From Polyangiaceae bacterium (GTDB lineage: Bacteria > Myxococcota_A > Polyangia > Polyangiales > Polyangiaceae): DNA of 64,000 nt. Shown here piece by piece: positions 27,273 through 36,007 of this stretch (position 1 is the stretch's first letter; each line of letters starts with the position of its first letter). The stretch spans positions 1,937 to 65,936 of the forward strand of contig WQYX01000014.1 of assembly GCA_009781005.1 (NCBI GenBank), given 5' to 3'. Below the pieces are notes generated by a model. That model made no database searches. It was not told the origin of the DNA and worked only from the letters and a program-made list of their open reading frames with translations. A program made the translations under genes and the position numbers.

Positions 27273-28523
27273 TTGCCGATGACTCGCTCAAAAAGGACAT
27301 TCGCCGTTGCGACCAACTTTGCATTCCTTCTCGTGTGCGCGTCGCCCGCGTGCGCGGTTCGCCTGACGGATAAAAATTCGCCTGCAGACAACGGCGCAGT
27401 CACCGGTGCACCGGTCGACTGCTTGCAGATTACACCGGTTGGAACCGGCGCACCCGGAACCGCTGCGGCGCTGAAGCTCGTCGGCCGCTACGACATGACC
27501 GATCCAGCAGGCGCGAAGTTCGACTGGTCCGGCAACTACATCACCGCGAGCTTCAACGGAACCGAGGTGAGCGCGGGCATCGAGGTACCAGAGGGCCAGG
27601 ACAACGACTTCGTGTTTACGGCGGTCGTCGACGATTTGCCGCCCATCAACTTCAGGGTCACGCCGCAACAGAAGTCGTACCTGATTGCCTCTGGTCTGCC
27701 TGCCGGCGATCACGAAGTCGTCGTCATGCGCAACAGCGAGGCGCTCAACGGCACGACGATCTACACGGGCTTCAATTTCGGAGCAGACGGCGTGCCCCTG
27801 CCCCCTACGGAGCGTCCACGACGTATCGAGTTCATTGGCGACGCCATTACGTGCGGCTATGGAATTTTGGGAACCAACGCGAGCTGCCCGGACGACATCG
27901 AGATCCGCGCAGCAACGGAAAACATCTACCTTGCTTACGGCTCGCAGACGGCGCGAACCCTCTCAGCGGACGTCGTTACAACGTGCTTCTCAGGAAAGGG
28001 CGTCGTCTTCAACTACCAAGAAAAACCGAATGATCTCGACGCAACGACGACGATCCCTCAGTACTACGAGCGGACGATCGCCACGCAGGCCGACCCGCCG
28101 TGGAGCTTCGCGGAACCGGAGCCCGATGTCGTCGTGATCAGCGCCGGAACGAGCGACTTCATGCGCGACGTAAACATGGACGGGATTGCGGATGGCATCG
28201 ATCTCGATGCGTTCCACGACGGCTACCTCGCCTTCGTGAAGTCCGTGCGTTCCCGCCGGCCGAACGCGCACATTTTCATGGCGGTCTCGCCCATGTTGAC
28301 CGACGAGTTTCCGCTCACCAATTCGCGCAGGGACATGCGCGACGTGCTCGGCCGCATCGCGAGTGAGATGGCGGATTCGGGCGACATGAAGGTTTACCGC
28401 ATCGAGTTCGTGGAGATGGGCGACCGTTACGGGTACGGGTGCGAATATTATCCGAACCTCGACGTGCATCGCATCATGGCCAACCAGCTCGTCGGCGCCA
28501 TCCGCCAGAAGACATGTTGGTAA
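27273..28523 (+). CDS. SGNH/GDSL family (CE2-like) protein with substituted catalytic residues
   Basis: FDWSGNYITASF N-domain; RIEFIGDAITCGYG; AGTSDF; YGCEYYP. Confidence 0.82.
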   Translation: MPMTRSKRTFAVATNFAFLLVCASPACAVRLTDKNSPADNGAVTGAPVDCLQITPVGTGAPGTAAALKLVGRYDMTDPAGAKFDWSGNYITASFNGTEVSAGIEVPEGQDNDFVFTAVVDDLPPINFRVTPQQKSYLIASGLPAGDHEVVVMRNSEALNGTTIYTGFNFGADGVPLPPTERPRRIEFIGDAITCGYGILGTNASCPDDIEIRAATENIYLAYGSQTARTLSADVVTTCFSGKGVVFNYQEKPNDLDATTTIPQYYERTIATQADPPWSFAEPEPDVVVISAGTSDFMRDVNMDGIADGIDLDAFHDGYLAFVKSVRSRRPNAHIFMAVSPMLTDEFPLTNSRRDMRDVLGRIASEMADSGDMKVYRIEFVEMGDRYGYGCEYYPNLDVHRIMANQLVGAIRQKTCW

Positions 28524-28645
28524 ACCGCTTTCAAGTTGACGCGAGGTCGAGGCGGGGCCGAGCAGCGGACCGGAATAGCCTTGTGTGGCTTTGAGGACCG
28601 CAGCGCAGGCCCCAACGATGAGATCGCGGCAAATCGAAAGCGGTC
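28523..28645 (-). mobile_element. 123-bp MITE-like element, copy 3
   Basis: (A)ACCGCTTTCAAGTTGACGCGA...CGCGGCAAATCGAAAGCGGTC; begins within the TAA stop. Confidence 0.92.
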
Positions 28646-28649
28646 GCGC

Positions 28650-29306
28650 ATGAAGTCGAGTCATGCGCGGGCAGTCGACGCAATCCGTCGCGAAGGGATC
28701 GTCCTCGTCTTTCCGATCCGGAACCGGAACGATCTTCCCTCGCTATGGCATGCGTTTCACCCGCGCAGCGAGATGCGTTGGGAGTGGGACGCCCACGGCG
28801 ACGGACGCGTCGTCGAACTCTGGCATCTTCGCATGCGCCTGGCCCGCTCGAGCGACGTTGCGTACGCAAAGTGGTTCCGAGGACGCGCGACGTTCTTCTC
28901 TCTGCCCGTGCTCCACGCGCTCCTTGGATCGTTCGCGTCGGCCGATGTCATGTACGGTTTGCCGCGCGAAGCCGTCGACATCCTCGAAGTGCTTCGCGAG
29001 AGCTCGCCGCGCTCCACCAAAGAGCTGCGCGCCGAAGTCGATCTGCGCGGCAAAGCATTCGAAGGGATCTTCCATCACGCGATGAAAGCGCTCTGGTCAC
29101 GACTGCTCATCGTGGGTGCGGGGGAAGTCGAAGACGGAGCCTTTCCATCGCTCGCCGTCGCTGCGACCGAGACGATGTTCGAAGATCTTTGGCTTGTACG
29201 ACATGAGGTGCCACCCGCAGCACAGAAGAAGCTCGCCGAGGTTCTCGCTGCCACACCAGCGTTCGCGCGAGAACTGTCGCGATGCAAAGCGAGTATCATC
29301 GGATGA
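28650..29306 (+). CDS. Winged-helix protein, AlkZ-related
   Basis: WHLRMRLARSSDVAYAKWFRGRATF then helix-turn-helix-like STKELRAEV. The ORF-track extension to 28536 is element sequence. Confidence 0.55.
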   Translation: MKSSHARAVDAIRREGIVLVFPIRNRNDLPSLWHAFHPRSEMRWEWDAHGDGRVVELWHLRMRLARSSDVAYAKWFRGRATFFSLPVLHALLGSFASADVMYGLPREAVDILEVLRESSPRSTKELRAEVDLRGKAFEGIFHHAMKALWSRLLIVGAGEVEDGAFPSLAVAATETMFEDLWLVRHEVPPAAQKKLAEVLAATPAFARELSRCKASIIG

Positions 29307-29311
29307 TTTCA

Positions 29312-30001
29312 TTACGCCCGCCGGGCCAACCGGATGGCCGCAAAGGCATAAACGATGAGCAGTAGGAAAAGGATGACGGAGCTCTGTCGCGTCGAAAGGC
29401 CCGCGCAAAGCGGTCCGCCAAGCAAGCTCGTCACGTGACCACGCGGGAAGATCCACGCGAGCGTGCTGCTCGACGAACCGGCGACCCAATCGAACGCGAG
29501 AAAGACTCCTCGCATCGATCCTTTGCCGATGGCCGCACCCGCTAGGAAGTACGCGGCGTACGCCGCTCCACCAAAGACACCAATGCCGAAGGATGCGGGC
29601 CCGTCGACCGCAAGTGGAGGATCGGTTGCGCCGTGCGCAAGGACGCAGATGCCAGCGGCAAGGATGCCGCAAAGAGCAGCCGACGAAACGACAGCGACCA
29701 ACGCCGTTGCGAGCGCAGACCGAGCTCGGGCCGCGCCGAGAGCGACGATGCCGCGAATGGCACGGCGCAGACCCATGCCGCCAAGCGAGCCACCGACGAG
29801 CGCGTACGCAACGAGCGGCAGGACGAAGAACGCGAACGATCCGCGCATGACGTGATTGGCCGTGCTCGTTGCACCCTGGGCCTTGTCAGCGAGCGCGCTC
29901 GCAACGGCAATCGACGCCAAACCGACGACGGAGATCCACGGACGCGGCGCACGACGAAGGCGCATGATCGAGACGCGTGCGAGGACGCGAAGTTCCGTCA
30001 C
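29312..30001 (-). CDS. ABC-2-type permease-like membrane protein
   Basis: About six TM segments; GTG start overlaps the stop of the upstream ATPase-like gene. Confidence 0.65.
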   Translation of the reverse strand: MTELRVLARVSIMRLRRAPRPWISVVGLASIAVASALADKAQGATSTANHVMRGSFAFFVLPLVAYALVGGSLGGMGLRRAIRGIVALGAARARSALATALVAVVSSAALCGILAAGICVLAHGATDPPLAVDGPASFGIGVFGGAAYAAYFLAGAAIGKGSMRGVFLAFDWVAGSSSSTLAWIFPRGHVTSLLGGPLCAGLSTRQSSVILFLLLIVYAFAAIRLARRA

Positions 30002-30954
30002 GATGACTCCTTCGGCGGTTCGTGCGGCGGAGGCGGAGGCGGTTTCATGCGCGGCGACGCCAGCGACGCGCACACTATCTCGATCGGCAAGACGACGGGC
30101 TCGATGACCTCGAGATCGACGCGCGTCCGCGCCGAGGCAGAAGCCACTGCCCGAGCGATCTCGAGAAGGTTCGGCCCGGCCACGACGAGCACGAAAGCTT
30201 TTTCCGTCACGGACGTCACGCCCGGTTCGTCTGCAAGGGCGCGCGCGAGATCGGAGAGTCCATCGCCTGCCACGACGACACGCAGGAACGCGCCAGCATG
30301 TCCAACGTGTGCAAGCGCCGGAGGCAGCGGCGCGAGCATACCGCGCGTGAGGAGCGAGAGTTGATCGGCGAGCTTCGTTGCGTCGCGCACCGATGCAGTC
30401 GTGATCATCATGCACGCCGATGCAGCGCGACTGCGAATGGTCATCGCCGCGCGCGCGGCCGCCTGCGCGGCGAGGCCGGAAAGGGGCTCGTCCAAGAGCA
30501 GCACGGAAGCGCTCTCCGATGTCAAGGCGAGCGCGAGAGCGACGGCCTTGGTCTCTTCGGGCGAGAGCGTGATGCTTCGTCGTTTCGCGAGCGACTCGAT
30601 GCCGAGTGGTGCGAGACGCTCACTCGCCGGTCGAACCGGTTCGCTGCGAAGGACCGCGGCGAGCTCGCAGATCTCTTCGACGCGAAGAGCATCGGGCAGG
30701 ATGGGATGACGCGGCACGTACGCAATGCGCGGACGCATGATGTCTGGAGAATACCCGAACACCGAGACGCGGCCCTCGGTGGCAGGCTCCACTCCTGCCG
30801 CCACGTCGACGAGAAGCGATGTGCCATCCGCCGGAGTGCCAATCACCACGAAGGCGCCGTGCCCCCAACAAGTTAGATTCACCTTACGCAGCATTGCGGG
30901 CGGCTTGCCGCGTGCGTGGCGGCCGCGCGCCGAGACTGCGGCGAAGGCGATCAT
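29998..30954 (-). CDS. ABC ATPase-like protein with degenerate motifs
   Basis: ABC fold order with GTPADGTS, YVPRHP, LSPEE, VLLLDEPLSGL. Confidence 0.75.
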   Translation of the reverse strand: MIAFAAVSARGRHARGKPPAMLRKVNLTCWGHGAFVVIGTPADGTSLLVDVAAGVEPATEGRVSVFGYSPDIMRPRIAYVPRHPILPDALRVEEICELAAVLRSEPVRPASERLAPLGIESLAKRRSITLSPEETKAVALALALTSESASVLLLDEPLSGLAAQAAARAAMTIRSRAASACMMITTASVRDATKLADQLSLLTRGMLAPLPPALAHVGHAGAFLRVVVAGDGLSDLARALADEPGVTSVTEKAFVLVVAGPNLLEIARAVASASARTRVDLEVIEPVVLPIEIVCASLASPRMKPPPPPPHEPPKESS

Positions 30955-31766
30955 TCGCCGATCTCCGGCCGCGTGACCAAGATCGCGTCGCGCCGGACGA
31001 GCGCCGTCGCGAACGCACCGTACGTCGCAAGCGCGACGAGCGCGCGCAGCGCTCGGGATATGTCGATATGGCCGGGCAAAAGGGCGGCGCGCAGCGTGCT
31101 GAGCGCCGCTGGGATGGCGGCCACCTCCGCGATGTCTTCCGAGAGTATGCTCGCGAACGCAAGCACGAGAACCTCGGGAAGCAGCACCACCGTCACTAGA
31201 AACATGTACCCGCCGATGCGTGAGCGTGCACCGAGTGCGGCGAATGCGACGGGGGCCATCACACCCGCGAAGGCGATGGCATATGCAATGGCCGCAAGCG
31301 TCGTCTGCATCGTGCGCGTCGCGACGGCGCCGCGCGCCAGGATCGCGAAGAGGCCACACACGAGCGTTCCGCCACCGGCGACGATCGCGAGAAGCGCCGC
31401 AAGCCCGCCGATGCGCGCGACGAGGTAGCCGCGCAGCGACGCAGATCGCGCCGTGAGCAGATCGCGCACACCGCTGTCACGATCCTTGCGCAATACACGC
31501 GTCGCGACCGCGAACGCGAGCAGAAAACCGCCGCCCCACGCGAGCGCGCTCGAAGCGAGGATCGGTAGATCGTAGACGGGCGCCGATCGACTGCGTGCTG
31601 CGAGCACGAAAGCGAAGACAGACATGCTCGCCACCGTGAAGAATGCGAGGACGAGCGCGAGGACCGCCACGAATCCCCGGCGCGAGAGTCTTACGCCGAG
31701 CGCGAGCAGCGCAACGAAACGCGCGCCTCGTCGTCCGGGCCGGAGAACTTGGTCGGCTTCGACCAT
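30951..31766 (-). CDS. ABC-2-type permease-like membrane protein
   Basis: Multiple TM segments; 4-bp overlap with the next gene. Confidence 0.65.
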   Translation of the reverse strand: MVEADQVLRPGRRGARFVALLALGVRLSRRGFVAVLALVLAFFTVASMSVFAFVLAARSRSAPVYDLPILASSALAWGGGFLLAFAVATRVLRKDRDSGVRDLLTARSASLRGYLVARIGGLAALLAIVAGGGTLVCGLFAILARGAVATRTMQTTLAAIAYAIAFAGVMAPVAFAALGARSRIGGYMFLVTVVLLPEVLVLAFASILSEDIAEVAAIPAALSTLRAALLPGHIDISRALRALVALATYGAFATALVRRDAILVTRPEIGE

Positions 31767-31821
31767 CTTCTCGAAAAGACCACAGCTTCGTGCCTTCCGC
31801 CAAGAGTGCTACGTGTGGGCC

Positions 31822-34176
31822 ATGTCCGCCGGACAACCGGAGGCAACGCGCACGCGCACGGGGCTCGCGTGGCGGCGCGCAGTCGTTCTGTCTTTGCCTG
31901 TTTTGTACATTGCTGGTTCCGCGGCGCGAGCGGGCGAGGCACATGCCGCATGGCTCGCTGTCACGCTCGGTCTCGGTGTCGCCGTCGTGGGCGCCATCGT
32001 TCCGGGGAGCGATCCGCCGCCCGTTGCGCGCGCTCGGCTATGGACGGCGGGAACTCTCGCCGTCGCGCTCGCTACCGCGGGACTGTTCGTGCGCCCGTGG
32101 GCCGTGCTCTTGCGTGATGTTGCTTCGCTCGGTGCGGGGCTCTTCGCGATTCGCGCGCTCTTCACCATGGAACCGGATCCGGGACTCGCCCCGCGCGCCA
32201 CCGAAGCCACGGCCCCGCGCGGCTTCGGCCTTCGTGAGCTCGAGCGATATGCACTCGTTTCGGTCGCCGTGGCTTGGGGATCGGCCGCTTTCGTCGACGC
32301 GCTCGCAGTCTTTCATGTTGGTTCCTCCCCCATGGCTCCCTTCGCAGCGACGACCAGCGGGATCGTCGCGCTCGCATCGATGGGCACGACTTCGCTTCTC
32401 GTCGCCGGTGCACGAAGATTCGAACTCGGCCCGCCACCGCGCGCCTTGGCGTGCGCGGCAGTCTCCGCGGCGGGTCTTCTGGGCGGCACCACGCTCGCTC
32501 TCGTCAGTCCCGTTCGCGTTGATGCGTCGATCGCGCTCGGCGCCGCAGCCGTCGCGGCTGCATTCGTCGCCGTCGCACAGGCAAACGATCCTCTGAGGCT
32601 CGCGCGCTGTGGCCGGCGCGCCATCGCGCTCATCGTATTCGGCGGCCCGCTCGTGGCCGTTGCCGCGATCGCTGCGAGAGCTTCGAGCCACCAAAGTTCG
32701 GGCCTCGTCGTGCTCTTTTTGGCACTCGGCGCGCTCCTCGTCGGGGTCTCGTCGCCCCGGCTCGAGAGACTCTTCTTGCCTGTCAAAGGCGCTCTCGTCG
32801 GCGCCCTCGAGCGGTCGCGGCACATCGCGCACGACCGCGATGCGCGCGCGGCCATCGCCGAGATACTCCTCACGCTGCGCGACGCCTCCGGCTACGTAGC
32901 TCGTGCCGATCACCCCGCTGTCTCGGCCGAACTCTGGATGTTGCATCCTGCACGCGTCTACATGGTCGACGCCGCGAGCTACTTGCACGAGCACGACGCC
33001 GAATTGCCTCCGTACTTGCTCGACGTCGCCAAGAACGAACCCAACTTCACCGTCCGCGTAGACGTCCTTCGGGCACTCGAAGTCCGACGCGCCGACCTAC
33101 GCCCGCTGCTTCGCTGGCTCGAAAGCCGCGGCGCGCTCTTCGCAACGCTCATCGCGGAAGAAGAAGAGGCGGAAGGCGTGCTTCTCGTGCCCGCCGGGAC
33201 GCGCGCCGTGCCGCTCGTCATCGACGAGATCCATCGCGCAAAGCTCCTCGCCGACACCTTCGTCGCGATCTGCCAGGCGCGCAACGCGCAAGCACGGCAC
33301 CTCGCCCGCGAGCGCGAACTCGTGGCGCGCGTCGAAGCGCTCGAAGACGACAACGCGCGCCTCCGCTACGCCGCGGAGCTCAACGCCGGTCGCAACGAGC
33401 TCGCCTCAGCGCATCTTGCGCGGCCCGCCGCCGTCGGCATTTACTCGGCTGCCTCGCGCATGGCGTACGACGCGATCGAGCAACGGCTTGCACGAGATGC
33501 ACCGGTCGTCGTGGTTGCGCGTGCGGGAGTGGATCCCGTACCAACCCTGGCGCGCGCGTACCTCGCCGGGCCGCGCAAAAACTCTCCGCTCGTCGTCGCC
33601 GACGGCACCTCGTCGAGCGAACACGACCGGTCGCACTGGGGCGACGCGCGTACCTCCCCGCTGGCGCTCGCGAACGGCGGCCTGCTCGTGCTCGCGGATG
33701 GCGCAGCGCTTCCGCATGAAGTGCAAGCCTTCATTGCGCGTGCGCTGACAGCGCGACGTGCACCATGGGACGCGTCTCTCGACATTGCCATCGCCCTCAC
33801 GACCGCAACCGCGCCCGAGCATCTCGTTGATGAGGGACGCCTCGCGCCGGAACTCTTCCGCCTCTTCGAAAGTGCACCAACCATCACGCTTCCCGGACTT
33901 CACGAGCGGTCCGAAGATCTCTTTTCGATCGTCGCCGACAGGCTCGCACGCGAGGGACTGCGCGTGCGCGGCCGACCCATCGGCATCGAAGCGGCTGCGT
34001 TCGCGCGTCTCGTGGAATATCCCTTCGACGGTGGTGACGCAGAGCTCACCGCCATCGTCACGCGTCTGGTCGCACACGTCGACGGTGACGTGGTGCGCGC
34101 CGCTGATATCGATATTTTGGGACTTCGTAATTCCCCTGCTCAATCGAACTCCCTTGCTCAATCGAACTTGGGGTGA
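31822..34176 (+). CDS. Multi-TM protein with C-terminal degenerate sigma54-activator-like AAA+ domain
   Basis: Hydrophobic N-terminal half; ANGGLLVLAD, LPGLHERSEDL, YPFDGGDAEL echo bEBP motifs. Start placed at ATG 31822. Confidence 0.7.
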   Translation: MSAGQPEATRTRTGLAWRRAVVLSLPVLYIAGSAARAGEAHAAWLAVTLGLGVAVVGAIVPGSDPPPVARARLWTAGTLAVALATAGLFVRPWAVLLRDVASLGAGLFAIRALFTMEPDPGLAPRATEATAPRGFGLRELERYALVSVAVAWGSAAFVDALAVFHVGSSPMAPFAATTSGIVALASMGTTSLLVAGARRFELGPPPRALACAAVSAAGLLGGTTLALVSPVRVDASIALGAAAVAAAFVAVAQANDPLRLARCGRRAIALIVFGGPLVAVAAIAARASSHQSSGLVVLFLALGALLVGVSSPRLERLFLPVKGALVGALERSRHIAHDRDARAAIAEILLTLRDASGYVARADHPAVSAELWMLHPARVYMVDAASYLHEHDAELPPYLLDVAKNEPNFTVRVDVLRALEVRRADLRPLLRWLESRGALFATLIAEEEEAEGVLLVPAGTRAVPLVIDEIHRAKLLADTFVAICQARNAQARHLARERELVARVEALEDDNARLRYAAELNAGRNELASAHLARPAAVGIYSAASRMAYDAIEQRLARDAPVVVVARAGVDPVPTLARAYLAGPRKNSPLVVADGTSSSEHDRSHWGDARTSPLALANGGLLVLADGAALPHEVQAFIARALTARRAPWDASLDIAIALTTATAPEHLVDEGRLAPELFRLFESAPTITLPGLHERSEDLFSIVADRLAREGLRVRGRPIGIEAAAFARLVEYPFDGGDAELTAIVTRLVAHVDGDVVRAADIDILGLRNSPAQSNSLAQSNLG

Positions 34177-34180
34177 CGAG

Positions 34181-35110
34181 TCAGCCTGCGGGCGGAGGGA
34201 ATGCTTCGCGATATTCGCGCATAGCCTCCACTTCGTCCGCTGCGTTTGAAAAGCCAGTAGCTTTGCGGAAAGCACTGTCGTCCACAATCACCGGATACTT
34301 GATGTGCTCGAGTGCCCCTGCCGGGAGCTTCGGCAGACCGAAGCGCCCGAGCGCCGCGTTGAGCAGAAACTCGGGCAGCGGCACGTTCGTTCGACCCGTT
34401 TCGCGGATGACGAGCGAGATCGGCACCGGTGGCGGCCCCGCGACGTTGAAGACGCCTCGCGGGCGCTTGTCCAGGGCGAGCATGAGCGCCGAAACAACGT
34501 CTTTTTCATGCATGAATTGAAAGAGTGGATCGTAACCGAGAATGGTCGGCACGCGCGCACCGCGGAGGAATGTGGCGAGCGTTCCATGACCCGTTGGGCC
34601 AAGCGTATAGACGAGCCGCAAGACGCTCGTGACGAAACTCGAATAACGCCAGAGTGCGGAGCCGGCGTAGAGATCGGCAGCGACGAGATCGGCGAGCTCG
34701 GGGAAGTGCGACAGCCCCATGGGCGGCTCGTCCTCGGTGTGAAAGAGCGGCGAATCGGGCGCGGCGCCGTAGTACGTGTGCCGGCCGTAGAACACGACGT
34801 GCTCGACGCCGTAGGCGTGCGAATGCTCGAAGACGGCGCGCGTTCCACCGAGATTGATGCGATAGCGATCTTCGCTCTGCACGATGAGATGCGTGACCGT
34901 TGCCATGTGAATCACGGCGTCGGGCCTCACGCGCCGGAAGACGTCTTCGGCGGCGCGTTTGCGAATGTCGACTTCGTGCATCTCGACACCCTCGGGCGCC
35001 TCGCGGAAGGGCCGGCGGTCCATGCCGATCACGTCGTGACCTGCGGCAAGGAGTTCGTCCGCGAGAAGCCTGCCGAGCCGGCCACTGATACCGGGAACGA
35101 GCACCTTCAC
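34181..35110 (-). CDS. NAD-dependent epimerase/dehydratase
   Basis: VKVLVPGISGRLG, AVIHMA, YRINLGGT; GTG start overlaps the upstream stop. Confidence 0.9.
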   Translation of the reverse strand: MKVLVPGISGRLGRLLADELLAAGHDVIGMDRRPFREAPEGVEMHEVDIRKRAAEDVFRRVRPDAVIHMATVTHLIVQSEDRYRINLGGTRAVFEHSHAYGVEHVVFYGRHTYYGAAPDSPLFHTEDEPPMGLSHFPELADLVAADLYAGSALWRYSSFVTSVLRLVYTLGPTGHGTLATFLRGARVPTILGYDPLFQFMHEKDVVSALMLALDKRPRGVFNVAGPPPVPISLVIRETGRTNVPLPEFLLNAALGRFGLPKLPAGALEHIKYPVIVDDSAFRKATGFSNAADEVEAMREYREAFPPPAG

Positions 35111-35970
35111 GGTTCGCCTCGGCGGCGTCTGCGACCGCGCTCGATGAGCCCGGAGATACGCTCTCTGACTTGTTCGACATAGCCGTGGACGACTTCGTCG
35201 TCTTCCGATCCATCGCCCTCGAAATGCATCGGCGCCGAGTAGCAGATCTCGAGCTTCGCGGGGATTGGCACCGCGAGCCCCCACGGTGTCACGGGAATGT
35301 ACGGCACTCCGAGGACGCGGCCGAGGGAGTAGGCATTGGCGATGGTGGGCAGAGCCTCGCCACCGCCGAGAAATGCGAGGGGCACGATGGGCGTCTTCAT
35401 CCTCATGGCGAGACGCATGAAGCCAGAGCCAAAGCCAACGAGCGAATAACGTTCTTTATAAAGTTTCGCCGTCCCTCGCGCGCCCTCCGGAAAAACCATG
35501 AGCAACCTATCGTCGGCGAGCAGGCGCTCAGCGTGCTCCGGGAGGCCCGTGAGGTGCCCTAACCGGTTGGTGATCTGCGAGGCAAAAGGCAACTTGTTAA
35601 GGAATTTTTCTGCCATGCCCTGCGCAAGCCGCGGCGGATTCATTTCAAAGAATTGACTCGCAATCACCATGGCGCCGTCAATGGCAAATCCTCCGGAATG
35701 ATTGCCAATGAGCATGGCGCGCCCGTGCGCAGGTACGTTCTCGATGCCCTGCGACTCCACGGAGAAGTAATGGCGGAAAAAGAATTTCAGCCCCTGAAAG
35801 AAGGGGCCCAGATACGCCTTCGAAATGCCGTACGGGTCCACCCCGAACTCATTGAACGGGATCTCGAGACGATCGAGACGATCGCGTACGTCGGCGTCCA
35901 CCGGAAAACGAAGCTCTGAAAAGTGCACTCGCTCTTCATACCGGATCGGAGTGGTGCGAGTTCGAACCAT
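35107..35970 (-). CDS. Lysophospholipid acyltransferase family protein
   Basis: LIGNHSGGFAID (HX4D), VFPEG. Confidence 0.9.
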   Translation of the reverse strand: MVRTRTTPIRYEERVHFSELRFPVDADVRDRLDRLEIPFNEFGVDPYGISKAYLGPFFQGLKFFFRHYFSVESQGIENVPAHGRAMLIGNHSGGFAIDGAMVIASQFFEMNPPRLAQGMAEKFLNKLPFASQITNRLGHLTGLPEHAERLLADDRLLMVFPEGARGTAKLYKERYSLVGFGSGFMRLAMRMKTPIVPLAFLGGGEALPTIANAYSLGRVLGVPYIPVTPWGLAVPIPAKLEICYSAPMHFEGDGSEDDEVVHGYVEQVRERISGLIERGRRRRRGEP

Positions 35971-36007
35971 TGACAGGATTGAGGCAAGCACGTCAAAACG
36001 CGACGCA

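Noticed and set aside
28536-28649. ORF-track N-terminal extensions of the 28650 gene and of gatB (57663-57731)
   Set aside because: They are translations of the element; conserved protein begins at the downstream ATG.
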